From: Actinophytocola sp.
GTDB taxonomy: Bacteria; Actinomycetota; Actinomycetes; Mycobacteriales; Pseudonocardiaceae
Assembly (NCBI RefSeq): GCF_045807065.1
Contig: NZ_JBJMIE010000042.1
Span: 2,724-66,723, forward strand
DNA length: 64,000 nucleotides
Direction of reading: 5' to 3'
Part shown: piece by piece, positions 19,715 through 28,523 of the stretch
Position numbering within the stretch: position 1 is the first letter of the stretch
Layout of the letters: every line of letters starts with the position of its first letter
The notes under the pieces: model-generated
What the model saw: the letters and a program-made list of their open reading frames with translations, nothing else
What the model was told of the DNA's origin: nothing
The model's database searches: none
Made by a program: the position numbers and the translations under genes

Positions 19715-20695
19715 TCAATGGTGGCCGAGCACGGCGTGCGGTCGGTACGGTGCGTGCAGCGTGGCCACCTCGTCCTCGGTCAGTCCCGTATGGACCGCGG
19801 CGATCGCGTCCGTCAGGTGTTCTGTTCTGGTTGCGCCGATGATCGGTGCGCTCACCCCTGGCCGGCCGAGTAGCCAGGCCAGGGCGATCCGCGCCGGCGG
19901 CAGGTCGCGCTGGGCGGCGACCGTGCGCACCGCGTCGACCACGTCGAAGTCGTCGTCGGTGTACAGGTTGTCGGCGACGGGGTCGGAGCCGGACCGCACG
20001 GTGGTCTGTGCGCCGCCGCGTCCGCGGGTGCCGGTGAGCAGTCCGCGTGCCAGCGGGCTCCACGGGATGAGGCCGACACCCTGGTCGAGGCAGAGGGGGA
20101 TCATCTCCCGTTCCTCCTCGCGGTAGACGAGGTTGTAGTGGTTCTGCATCGACACGAACCTGGTCCAGCCGTGGGTATCGGCGACGTGCTGTGCCTTGGC
20201 GAACTGCCAGGCGTACATGCTCGACGCGCCGATGTACCTGGCCTTCCCGGCGGAGACCACGTCGTCGAGGGCGTTCATGGTCTCCTCGATCGGGGTCTCG
20301 GGGTCCCAGCGGTGGATCTGGTACAGGTCGACGTGGTCGACGCCCAGCCGGTCGAGCGAGGCGTCGATGGCGGCCATGATGTGCTTGCGGGACAAGCCCT
20401 TGTCGTTCAGACCGGGCCCCACTGGGAAGTAGACCTTGGTGGCCAGGACGTAGTCGTCGCGGCGGGGGAACAGCTTGGCGAGCAACCGGCCGGTGATCAC
20501 CTCGCTGGCTCCGTCGGAGTACATGTCCGCGGTGTCGAAGAACGTCACGCCCGCCTCGACGGCGTGGCGGACGATCGGCTCCGCGGCGTCCTCGCCGAGG
20601 ATCCAGTCCCGCTTGGTGGGGCTGCCGTAGCTCATCATGCCGAGGCAGATGCGGGACACGGCGAGGCCGGAGGTGCCCAACCGGGTGTAGTCCAT
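19715..20695 (-). CDS. Aldo/keto reductase
   Basis: MDYTRLGTSGLAVSRICLG, FFDTADMYSDG, DHVDLYQIHRWD, MQNHYNL, PWSPLARG. Confidence 0.95.
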   Translation of the reverse strand: MDYTRLGTSGLAVSRICLGMMSYGSPTKRDWILGEDAAEPIVRHAVEAGVTFFDTADMYSDGASEVITGRLLAKLFPRRDDYVLATKVYFPVGPGLNDKGLSRKHIMAAIDASLDRLGVDHVDLYQIHRWDPETPIEETMNALDDVVSAGKARYIGASSMYAWQFAKAQHVADTHGWTRFVSMQNHYNLVYREEEREMIPLCLDQGVGLIPWSPLARGLLTGTRGRGGAQTTVRSGSDPVADNLYTDDDFDVVDAVRTVAAQRDLPPARIALAWLLGRPGVSAPIIGATRTEHLTDAIAAVHTGLTEDEVATLHAPYRPHAVLGHH

Positions 20696-21561
20696 CAGTT
20701 TTCCTCTTCTCCCTGGGGTTCCTGGTGCACGGCGACGCCTGTGGCGATCAGCGCGATGCCGGTCAGCTCCCGGATGGTGGGCACCTGGGTGAGCACGACG
20801 ATCCCGATCACCGTCGCGACCGCCGGCAGGATGGTCAGCATCAGCGCGAAGGTGTCCCGGCGCAACCGGGCCATGGCGAGTTGGTCGGTCACGTAGGGGA
20901 TGACTGACGAGCAGATGCCCACGCCCACCCCGGCCAGCAGCGCCGCCGGGCTGATGAAGGCCGGCGCGGCGGCGGTGACGGAGAACGGTGTCGCGACCAC
21001 CGCGGCGACCAGCATCGCGGCGCCCAACTGGTCGATGCCGGCGCCGGTGTTGGCGATCCGGTGGCCGAGGACCACGTAGAGCATGAACAGCGCGCAGTTG
21101 ACGAACGCGAAGACGAAGCCGAGCGCCGCACCGGCGAGTTGGAGATCGGTCAACGCGACCACCCCACCCACGGCGAGCACGAGGGCGATCAGGTTGCGGG
21201 CGTTGCGCACCCCGACCGCAGCGAGCACGATCGTGCCGAGGAACTCGATGGCCCCGACGGTCGCGAGCGGCAGCCGGTCGATGGCGAGGTAGAACGTGGT
21301 GTTCATGACCGCGAGCACCACCCCGAGCCCGAGCAACACGCGGCGCTGGCGCGGTGCGAGACGCCGGACCAGCCGCCAGGGCCTGCGCCACACCGCGAAC
21401 ACCACGGCGGCACTGGCGATCCGCAGCCAGGCCACGCCGAGCACGTCCACGCGGGCGAACAGCAACACGGCGAAGGCCGGCCCGAGGTAGTGGAAGACCG
21501 CGCTGACGCCGAAGTAGACCGGCGCCGGCATCCGAGACGCGATCCCGGACGGTGTCGTCAT
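20695..21561 (-). CDS. EamA family transporter
   Basis: HYLGPAFA, FYLAIDRLPLATVGAIEFLG, SSVIPY; about ten TM helices. Confidence 0.9.
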   Translation of the reverse strand: MTTPSGIASRMPAPVYFGVSAVFHYLGPAFAVLLFARVDVLGVAWLRIASAAVVFAVWRRPWRLVRRLAPRQRRVLLGLGVVLAVMNTTFYLAIDRLPLATVGAIEFLGTIVLAAVGVRNARNLIALVLAVGGVVALTDLQLAGAALGFVFAFVNCALFMLYVVLGHRIANTGAGIDQLGAAMLVAAVVATPFSVTAAAPAFISPAALLAGVGVGICSSVIPYVTDQLAMARLRRDTFALMLTILPAVATVIGIVVLTQVPTIRELTGIALIATGVAVHQEPQGEEEN

Positions 21562-21625
21562 GCGGAGTATCTTCCAAAGCAATACCCCGAGGCCGGAATG
21601 GCACTATCCAGGAAGAAGGCCTGAG

Positions 21626-22132
21626 TTGCCTGGAACTTCAAGGCCAACCGGCCAAGATTCCTTCCCCGAGCGGTCCCGGCTGCTGGACGAGGTGAACGTG
21701 CGACTGCTGAACGAACTGCACGAGAACCCGCGGCTGTCGATGTCCGAACTGGCCCGCCGCGTCGGCATGTCGGCCCCCGCGGTAACTGAGCGTGTACAAC
21801 GCCTGGAACGCACCGGTGTGATCACCGGCTTCCGGATGGAGGTCGACCCGGCCGCCCTGGGCATGCCCGTGACGGCGCTGGTGCGCATCCGCCCCGGCCC
21901 CGGTCAACTCCCCAAGATCGCGGCAGCGGCCCGAGACACGCCACAGGTGGTGGAGTGCTCCCGCATCACCGGCGAGGACTGCTTCCTACTCAAGATGCAC
22001 GGCCCGTCAATCAGCCAACTCGAAGAAATACTCGATCGGTTCCTGATGTTCGGCCAGACCACCACGTCGATCGTCGTATCCGAGCCGGTCCCACGCCGAC
22101 CGCTGCCCGTCCCCACCGTGGACAAGCGATAA
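21626..22132 (+). CDS. Lrp/AsnC family transcriptional regulator
   Basis: NPRLSMSELARRVGMSAPAVTERVQRLE and RITGEDCFLLK. Start uncertain (TTG 21626 chosen). Confidence 0.92.
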   Translation: MPGTSRPTGQDSFPERSRLLDEVNVRLLNELHENPRLSMSELARRVGMSAPAVTERVQRLERTGVITGFRMEVDPAALGMPVTALVRIRPGPGQLPKIAAAARDTPQVVECSRITGEDCFLLKMHGPSISQLEEILDRFLMFGQTTTSIVVSEPVPRRPLPVPTVDKR

Positions 22133-22300
22133 CGCGCCCTCAACCGAGCCAGGACTGTCACCGCCGACCTCGCTGGCCAGTGCACGTCCTCGCGGTTCGT
22201 TGCTGGGGGTGGAGCCGTCCGGCTCATTTTGCTAGGCCGTACAACGCAAACACGGTCTGAATGGTGTTGGTGCCGGTCGGGGCGGCCCAAGATAGCCGTC

Positions 22301-22690
22301 ATGGACAGACTTTCCGTGATCCGCCGGTTAGCCGGATTCGCCATGGCCCTTGTCGCCGCGCTCGCTCTGGCGACCGCCCCGGCCGCCGCTCAGACGACAC
22401 CGCAGATCACCATGGCGAGTGCGGTGGCCGTGGTGAATCCGGGTAACCAGAGGCTCGTCGAGTTCGATTCGGTGCAGCTTCAGATGACCGCGACTGGCGG
22501 TGCCTCGCCGTACACGTGGGCGGCGGCCGGGCTGAGCACACGGCTGAACATCAACCCGTCGACGGGCCTGATCTCCGGGATCGCGACGGCCGGCCGCTAC
22601 ACCGTGACGGTCACCGCGACGGACGCAGCCGGTTCGGCTGGCAGTGTCACCTTCACCATCTGGGTTCCTCGGGAGTGTCGCACCTGCTGA
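22301..22690 (+). CDS. Small secreted protein with a single putative Ig-like domain
   Basis: Signal peptide then TATGGASPYTWAAAGL...INPSTGLISG...YTVTVTATDAAG (He_PIG-like); ends CRTC. Confidence 0.8.
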   Translation: MDRLSVIRRLAGFAMALVAALALATAPAAAQTTPQITMASAVAVVNPGNQRLVEFDSVQLQMTATGGASPYTWAAAGLSTRLNINPSTGLISGIATAGRYTVTVTATDAAGSAGSVTFTIWVPRECRTC

Positions 22691-22914
22691 GCGTCGCACC
22701 TGCCCAGCGGGACGGAGGAGGCTCGGTCCCGTTTTCCGCTTCGTCCTGGCGGTGGATCTCGATCAGTTCCTCACGATAGCGAGGTCCACTATGGACAGTT
22801 CTCGTGTGTCTCGGCGCCGTTTTCCCATCAGTGGATCAGGCCGCGGTCCAGTTGCTATGGAGTGCGAACGGTGCGAGAGTGGTCGCGGGAACAAGTCTGG
22901 TCCGATGTGGACCG

Positions 22915-23562
22915 TCAGCGGGGTTCGTATCGGGCGAGGAACGTGTCCACGGCGCCGGTGGTCAGCCGGTCGGCCAGGTCGCCGGGCAGTGTGTCGCCGA
23001 AGGAGGCCGCCACCAGGTGCGGGTACACGGTGAGCGCGTAGAACTGGATCGTGGCCACCTCCGGGTCGGGCACTTCCAGGCGGCCGTGTGCGGTCTGGTC
23101 GCGTAGCCAGTCGGCGAAGTAGCCCGCGAACCGTGCTGGGCCACGCCGTTCCCAGGTGCGGCCGAGGTCGGGGAACCGGCGCAATTCGCCCGACATGAGG
23201 TTGCGCATGGCCAGGACGTCCGGCCTGGTGACGCTGGCGATCAGCGACCGGGCGGCCTCGGTGAGTGCCGCGCGCAGGTCGGTGGCGTCGGTCAGGACCG
23301 CGGTGGCGGCGTCCATGGTGAGGGCGCTGGTCTCGTCGCCCAGTTCGCCGATGACCGCCGTGAACAGGTCTTCCTTGCTGCCGAAGTGGTTGTACACCGT
23401 CACCTTGGACACGCCGGCGCGCGCGGCGATCGTGTCCATGCTCGCGTCGAACCCGTCTCGCAGGAACTCCGCCCGCGCGGCGGCCACGATGGCCCGGCGG
23501 CTGCGTTCGGCTCGCTTGCCCGAGGGCGGCTCGGTTCCGGTGGCGACCATGACCACCAGCAT
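22915..23562 (-). CDS. TetR/AcrR family regulator (TetR_C_7-like C-terminus)
   Basis: SMDTIAARAGVSKVTVYNHFGSKEDLF. Confidence 0.92.
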   Translation of the reverse strand: MLVVMVATGTEPPSGKRAERSRRAIVAAARAEFLRDGFDASMDTIAARAGVSKVTVYNHFGSKEDLFTAVIGELGDETSALTMDAATAVLTDATDLRAALTEAARSLIASVTRPDVLAMRNLMSGELRRFPDLGRTWERRGPARFAGYFADWLRDQTAHGRLEVPDPEVATIQFYALTVYPHLVAASFGDTLPGDLADRLTTGAVDTFLARYEPR

Positions 23563-23565
23563 AAC

Positions 23566-23609
23566 TGTACTGTTGCGTACATCAAAACTGACCTGTACCG
23601 TTCAGTACA
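23566..23609. promoter_or_regulatory. Two TGTAC-N6-GTACA palindromes, putative TetR operators
   Basis: Copies at 23566-23581 and 23594-23609 in the short divergent intergenic region. Confidence 0.7.
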
Positions 23610-23631
23610 GTCACTTCGAGGGGAGCCACCC

Positions 23632-24441
23632 ATGATGTCCACCGCCAGCAGCCTTGCCGTGCCGGGAGTACGGCTGCACTACGAACTCCGCGGCGCCGGC
23701 CCCCTGGTGGCGCTCGTTGGCAGCCCCATGGACGCCGCCGCGTTCGCGCCGCTGGCCGAGTCGCTGGCCGCCGACCACACGGTGCTCACCACCGACCCGC
23801 GCGGCATCAACCGCAGCCCGCTGGACGACCCGACCGCCGAGTCCACGCCCGACCTGCGTGCCGGCGACCTGTCCCTGCTGTTGGCCCATGTCGACGCCGG
23901 TCCGGCCGCGGTGCTGGGCTCCAGTGGTGGCGCGGTCACCGCGCTCGCGCTGGCCCAGGCGCACCCCGAACGGGTGCACACCGTCATCGCCCACGAGCCG
24001 CCGCTGGCCCAGCTGCTGCCCGACCGCGAGGCGTTGCTCGCGGCCACCGACGACACGATCGCCACCTACCTGGGCGGCGACGTTCGCGGCGCCTGGGCGA
24101 AGTTCATGGTCACGGCGAGCATCCAGCTGCCCGACGGCGTGCTGGACATGATGTCCCGGCCGGACCGGGACGCCCAGCAGGTGGCCGACGAGCGGCGCTG
24201 GTTCGCACACGAGATGCGGGCCACCATCGCCTGGCGGCCCGACCTGTCCGCGCTGCGGGCGGCGAGCCCACGCGTCGTCGTGGGCATCGGCAAGGACTCG
24301 GCCGGACAGCTGTGCGACCGCACGTCCCGGGCGCTGGCCCTCGAGCTGGGGATCGAGCCCACCATGTTCAGCGGCGGGCACACCGGGTTCGTCGACAACC
24401 CCGCGCGCTTCGCGGCCGAACTTCGGGCCGTGCTGGACTAG
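23632..24441 (+). CDS. Alpha/beta hydrolase
   Basis: DPRGINRS, nucleophile elbow GSSGG, HEPP, C-terminal GGHTGF. Confidence 0.9.
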   Translation: MMSTASSLAVPGVRLHYELRGAGPLVALVGSPMDAAAFAPLAESLAADHTVLTTDPRGINRSPLDDPTAESTPDLRAGDLSLLLAHVDAGPAAVLGSSGGAVTALALAQAHPERVHTVIAHEPPLAQLLPDREALLAATDDTIATYLGGDVRGAWAKFMVTASIQLPDGVLDMMSRPDRDAQQVADERRWFAHEMRATIAWRPDLSALRAASPRVVVGIGKDSAGQLCDRTSRALALELGIEPTMFSGGHTGFVDNPARFAAELRAVLD

Positions 24442-24510
24442 ACCGAGAGCTGGCGCCCCTCCAACCGGATCACACGCCGGCGAGCCCAGGTGGCGCCGAG
24501 CCCACCCCCG

Positions 24511-24695
24511 GTGAACGCGCTGGGCATGCACCGCGTCATGTTCGCCGTCCACGACATCGAGGACGTCATCGACCGCCTCAAACCACGCGGCGCCGAACTC
24601 GTCGGCGAGGTGGTGTCGTACGAGAACAGCTACCGGCTCGCCTATCTGCGCGGCCCGCGGGCATCTTCGTCGCGCTGGCCGAGCAGACCACGTGA
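24511..24695 (+). pseudogene. C-terminal fragment of a VOC family protein, frameshifted
   Basis: NALGMHRVMFAVHDIEDVIDRLKPRGAELVGEVVSYENSYRLAYLRGP then a frameshift to GIFVALAEQ; N-terminus missing. Confidence 0.75.
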
Positions 24696-24801
24696 GAACC
24701 ATAACCCCGTCTCGCAGCGGACGTCCGCTGCCGCCGATGGTCGGCTAGCGCCTCCATCGTCGCCGCTGGTGCGCGGATCCTGACGCCTGTCGCCATGCCC
24801 T

Positions 24802-24844
24802 TCCCGAAGGGATCGGCATCCGGTGGGCGCCGATCCCTTCGGGA
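24802..24844 (-). terminator. Strong hairpin, probable terminator of the large secreted-protein gene
   Basis: tcccgaagggatcggc / gccgatcccttcggga: perfect 16-bp stem, 11-nt loop, 7 nt past the stop at 24852. Confidence 0.75.
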
Positions 24845-24851
24845 CAAGAGG

Positions 24852-27800
24852 TCAGAAGCCGCCGCCGTCGCTGGACGTGCTGCTGTCGCTGGACGTACTG
24901 CTGGACATACCGCTGCTGTCGCTGGACATGCTGCTGCTTTCGCTGCTGGTCGACGACGTGTCGCCGCCATAGCTGGTCGAGGTGTCTCCGTCCATCGAGG
25001 AGGTCGCCGCGCTGTCGCTGGAGGCGGGTTCGCTGTCGGAACTGGTAGTCGTGGTGTCGGTATCGGTGCTGTAGTCGCCGGTCGGCGCGTACCCGCCGAG
25101 GGTGTCGGTCGTGGTCGCAGGGGCCTCGGGACTCACCACGGTGTCGGTGGTTTCCGTGCTGTAGTCCCGGGTCGGGGCATACCCGTCGTCGTAGGTGTCG
25201 TCGGGGGTGGGAGCCTCGGCACTCAGCTCGGACGGTGTCTCGGTGTCCATATCGGGGTCGACATCGGCCAGTGCCGTCTGCTGCTCGGGGTCGAGCGTCA
25301 GGTCGTCCGCCCGGCGCTCGGGCAGCGGTGGCGGTGCGAACGGGTTGCGCTCCGGGTCGGGCGGCGGTGCGAACGGGTTGCGCTCGGGGACCGGCGGGGT
25401 CACCAACGCCACGAGGGCGTCGTTGATGTCCTTGTTGGTGAGGGCGAAACCCGGCAGGTTCAGGGAGTTGGGCGGATTCGTCATGGCCGCCTGGACCCCG
25501 ATGCGGTCCGCGAGGTCACTGAGGACTCGGTTGTTCGCCACGGTGTCCGGGTCGGTCTCGGCCAGGTCCCGCGCCCGCTGGATCATGTCGCCCTGGGACA
25601 GGGTGTAGTTCTGGCCGAGAGCCCGGAACGACACCTCGTTGACGTTCACGCCACTGTCCTTGACGCTACGAATCGTCGCGTCGACGGGGACCGACTCGCC
25701 ACCGAAGATCGTGTGGCCTCCGTACTGGACCGAGACGTCTCCGAAGGGACCACCGGTGCCCAGCCGGCTGATCTCCGTCTTCGTGTAGCCGACCGGCTCG
25801 GCGTGGCTGGGGTCACCGTCCACCGACTTCATGAGCGTGTAGTTCGTGGTGACGACCCCGGTCCGGCTGACCGCGCCCTTGGCCTCGCCCTCGGGCAGGC
25901 CGGGAATGCTCTTCCCGGAGACCCTGTCGCCCGCGTAGCTGACGCCCTCCAGCTTGTTCGAGCTGACGTCGGTGTAGTACGTGCCCGGCTCCTGGACTGG
26001 AACCTGTTGGTTCTCGAGGCTTTCGCGGGCTGTCCGGAGGGCGTTCAGTCCCTCCGGCGTCTTGGCGTCGTACACGACCTCGGTGCCGTGGAGGTTGGTC
26101 TCCGTCGAGTCGACGTTGTTGCCGACCGTGTTCGCCATCCACGAGGCCTGACCGGTGAAGCGGGTGCGTGCGGAGTCGGCCTGACCGTAAGTGAGGCTGT
26201 AGAGCCCGTCGCCCAGCGCCTTCACGGTGTAGGTCAGTTGCGGCCCCTCATAGCCCTTGCCGACGCTGACCTCGGCGAACTTGCCCACCGGCCGTCCCAC
26301 GCCGTACTCGGTGACCTTGCCGGCGGGCGTGCGCGTGATCGAGTCACCCGGTTGCATGTTGCTGAAGTTGGGGATCTTGTTGCCGAGCTCGAGCGACTGC
26401 GGTCCCACCTTGGCGCTCGTCCGGTCCGCGTCCTGGTTCGAGTACCGCGCGAAGCCCCCGGGGATCTCGTAGGTGGTTCCGTCCCGACTGGTCACCTCGA
26501 ACTCGGCCGTGCCGTTCTCGGCGTCCCTGACGGCCTTGGCCGACTGGTTCGACTTCTCCCCACCCTTCCCGGCCTTCCCCGCGGCCGTGAGGGTGCCGGC
26601 GGTGTCGACGGTGACGGGATCGTTGTTCGGCACGAACTGGGTGAGATAGTCGGCGGCGTCCAGCTGCCGCATGGTGTTTTCCCTGTTCGGGACGTCCCCG
26701 AAGTAGCCGGGAAGACTGAACTCCGGGATCGGCGTCTCGCCGATGTCATACCCGCGGATCGGGCTGGGGGTGGGCATGGGCGGCGTCTGTTGTGCCTTGG
26801 ACGGTCGGGAAGCGACCGTGTCGCCAGGACCGGGAACGGAAGGACCGTAGATGGCCGGGGGCGTGGTGGGCATGTCAGCAGCCGCGAGGGTCATCATGCC
26901 GTCGGCGGTGACGGGCCCGTCGACGGCCGAACCGTCCAGCGAGGCCATCATGGGCGTGGCGGCGTCTTCCTGGACAGCCACGTCCTCGCCGGCGTCCGGG
27001 CCACCGGGCTCGGGCGGTGCCGCGGCGGGTTCCACCGACAGGGCCACAGGGCCGACGACGAGGGTGTCCTCGCGCGCCGGAACCTGGTAGTCGACGCGCT
27101 CCATGCGCGGGGGCTCGTCGTCCCCACCGCGGCTGGGGTGGGCCGGCCGCGTGTCGCGAAGTCCCTCGACGTCGACCGCGACGGGCGGGCGTGACCGCCT
27201 GTCGCCCGGCGCGGGGGCGTCCTGGGAACGGGACGGGTCGTCGGGCGCCCGGTCCTCGGCGTCGGACACCCGGTCGCCATCCCGGTCGGACGCGCCGCTC
27301 CGCACGTCGATGTTGTCCGGCGTGGTCATCCGCCCGTCACTCGGCGCCGGTGCGGTGACCGAGAGCAGCTGGGCGATGGTGTCCGCGATCGGGTTGGCGA
27401 TCAGGGACGCGCCCTTCTCGTTGGGCTGGAACTGTGCCTGCGGTGCCGGTAGACCGGCCTGGGTGAGCTGCTCGTTGAACGCCGAGTCGGTGGTGTACGC
27501 CTCGTGGCCCGCCACCGCGCCGGACATGTCCACAAGGGACGCGCACTGGCAGATCCGCACGGCCCGGTCGATCGCCTTGTTCAGGTCGTAGCCGAACTTC
27601 CGCACGGTGGTCAGGTCGTCCTCACCGATCGTGCTCGCGGCGTGCGGGTTCTGCGGGTCCACGGCCAGCGGGTAGTTGGTGACCACGATCGTGGCATGCG
27701 GTGCCCTGGCCCGGACGCCGGCCACCACCTGCAGCATCCGCGACACCAGGGTCGGCGCCTGCCCCATCGGCGACGACTTCGCCTGCTCGACGTACTCCTC

Positions 27801-28331
27801 GTCCGACGCGCCGGTGTCCAGCAACGGACCGAGGTCGTGGACGACCTTGTCCAGCGACGCGTTCGGCCCGCCGGCGGTGCGCCTCGCGTTCGCGATCACC
27901 GTCGCCAGCTGGGCGTCCTCGCCGCCGAAGCCAACGATGACGAACTGGGCGTCGGGACGGACCTGGTCGCGCTGTGCCGGATTGACGACGACGTGGTTCA
28001 GCCCGGTCTGTGCCTGGAAGAAGTTGGCGATCTCGGCGCCGGAGGCCGCGACGATGTTCGCGTCCACCTTCAGCTGGACGTTGTCACTCGCCACCCGGGA
28101 CAGCGCCTGCAACGTCGGTGCGGCCGAGGAGCGGTGGCGTGGATCGGCCGGGTCGAGGTAGTCGGCGCCGACCCCGTCGCCTGCCATGTAGGAGTCGCCG
28201 ACGACGTCGACCGTCACGGCGAGACTGTGGGGCGGCGCAGAAACCGGGTCCGCGGACGCCGACGGCAGCAGACCCAGCGCGGCGCCGACCGACACCACGC
28301 CCACTGTCGCCACGGACAGCGCTCGCGGCAT
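24852..28331 (-). CDS. Large secreted protein: SGNH/GDSL-like domain (probably inactive), unknown central domain, low-complexity acidic tail
   Basis: Signal peptide from ATG 28331 (MPRALSVATVG...); GDSY block I, GGED block III, FQPN in place of FHPN; Pro-rich linker; Ser/Thr/Asp-rich C-terminus. Confidence 0.75.
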   Translation of the reverse strand: MPRALSVATVGVVSVGAALGLLPSASADPVSAPPHSLAVTVDVVGDSYMAGDGVGADYLDPADPRHRSSAAPTLQALSRVASDNVQLKVDANIVAASGAEIANFFQAQTGLNHVVVNPAQRDQVRPDAQFVIVGFGGEDAQLATVIANARRTAGGPNASLDKVVHDLGPLLDTGASDEEYVEQAKSSPMGQAPTLVSRMLQVVAGVRARAPHATIVVTNYPLAVDPQNPHAASTIGEDDLTTVRKFGYDLNKAIDRAVRICQCASLVDMSGAVAGHEAYTTDSAFNEQLTQAGLPAPQAQFQPNEKGASLIANPIADTIAQLLSVTAPAPSDGRMTTPDNIDVRSGASDRDGDRVSDAEDRAPDDPSRSQDAPAPGDRRSRPPVAVDVEGLRDTRPAHPSRGGDDEPPRMERVDYQVPAREDTLVVGPVALSVEPAAAPPEPGGPDAGEDVAVQEDAATPMMASLDGSAVDGPVTADGMMTLAAADMPTTPPAIYGPSVPGPGDTVASRPSKAQQTPPMPTPSPIRGYDIGETPIPEFSLPGYFGDVPNRENTMRQLDAADYLTQFVPNNDPVTVDTAGTLTAAGKAGKGGEKSNQSAKAVRDAENGTAEFEVTSRDGTTYEIPGGFARYSNQDADRTSAKVGPQSLELGNKIPNFSNMQPGDSITRTPAGKVTEYGVGRPVGKFAEVSVGKGYEGPQLTYTVKALGDGLYSLTYGQADSARTRFTGQASWMANTVGNNVDSTETNLHGTEVVYDAKTPEGLNALRTARESLENQQVPVQEPGTYYTDVSSNKLEGVSYAGDRVSGKSIPGLPEGEAKGAVSRTGVVTTNYTLMKSVDGDPSHAEPVGYTKTEISRLGTGGPFGDVSVQYGGHTIFGGESVPVDATIRSVKDSGVNVNEVSFRALGQNYTLSQGDMIQRARDLAETDPDTVANNRVLSDLADRIGVQAAMTNPPNSLNLPGFALTNKDINDALVALVTPPVPERNPFAPPPDPERNPFAPPPLPERRADDLTLDPEQQTALADVDPDMDTETPSELSAEAPTPDDTYDDGYAPTRDYSTETTDTVVSPEAPATTTDTLGGYAPTGDYSTDTDTTTTSSDSEPASSDSAATSSMDGDTSTSYGGDTSSTSSESSSMSSDSSGMSSSTSSDSSTSSDGGGF
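25330..25385 (-). repeat. 33-bp-period tandem repeat encoding PERNPFAPPP twice
   Basis: ggcggtgcgaacgggttgcgctc at 25330 and 25363. Confidence 0.85.
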
Positions 28332-28523
28332 TCTCGTGCATTCCTCACCCGAACCGCGCTTTTTGTGCGCAGGAATGAACATTGTTCGACCCTTCAGCAG
28401 CGTTTTCGAATGACGCCTGGGTATGAGTTCCAGCATCGAATCCTGGTGTGGTCTCGCGTGCGCGGTCCATGCCGCACGTGTGCGGCATGGACGCATCGGG
28501 GAGCCGATGCCAGGCTGGAGGGG

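Noticed and set aside
19715-21604. 629-aa ORF as a single fusion protein
   Set aside because: Only the part from ATG 20695 is an aldo/keto reductase; the rest shadows the EamA gene.
24795-27194. 799-aa plus-strand ORF and similar long shadows (59647-61725, 53908-55599, 27504-28523)
   Set aside because: Antisense or alternate-frame shadows of well-supported genes, with no motifs.
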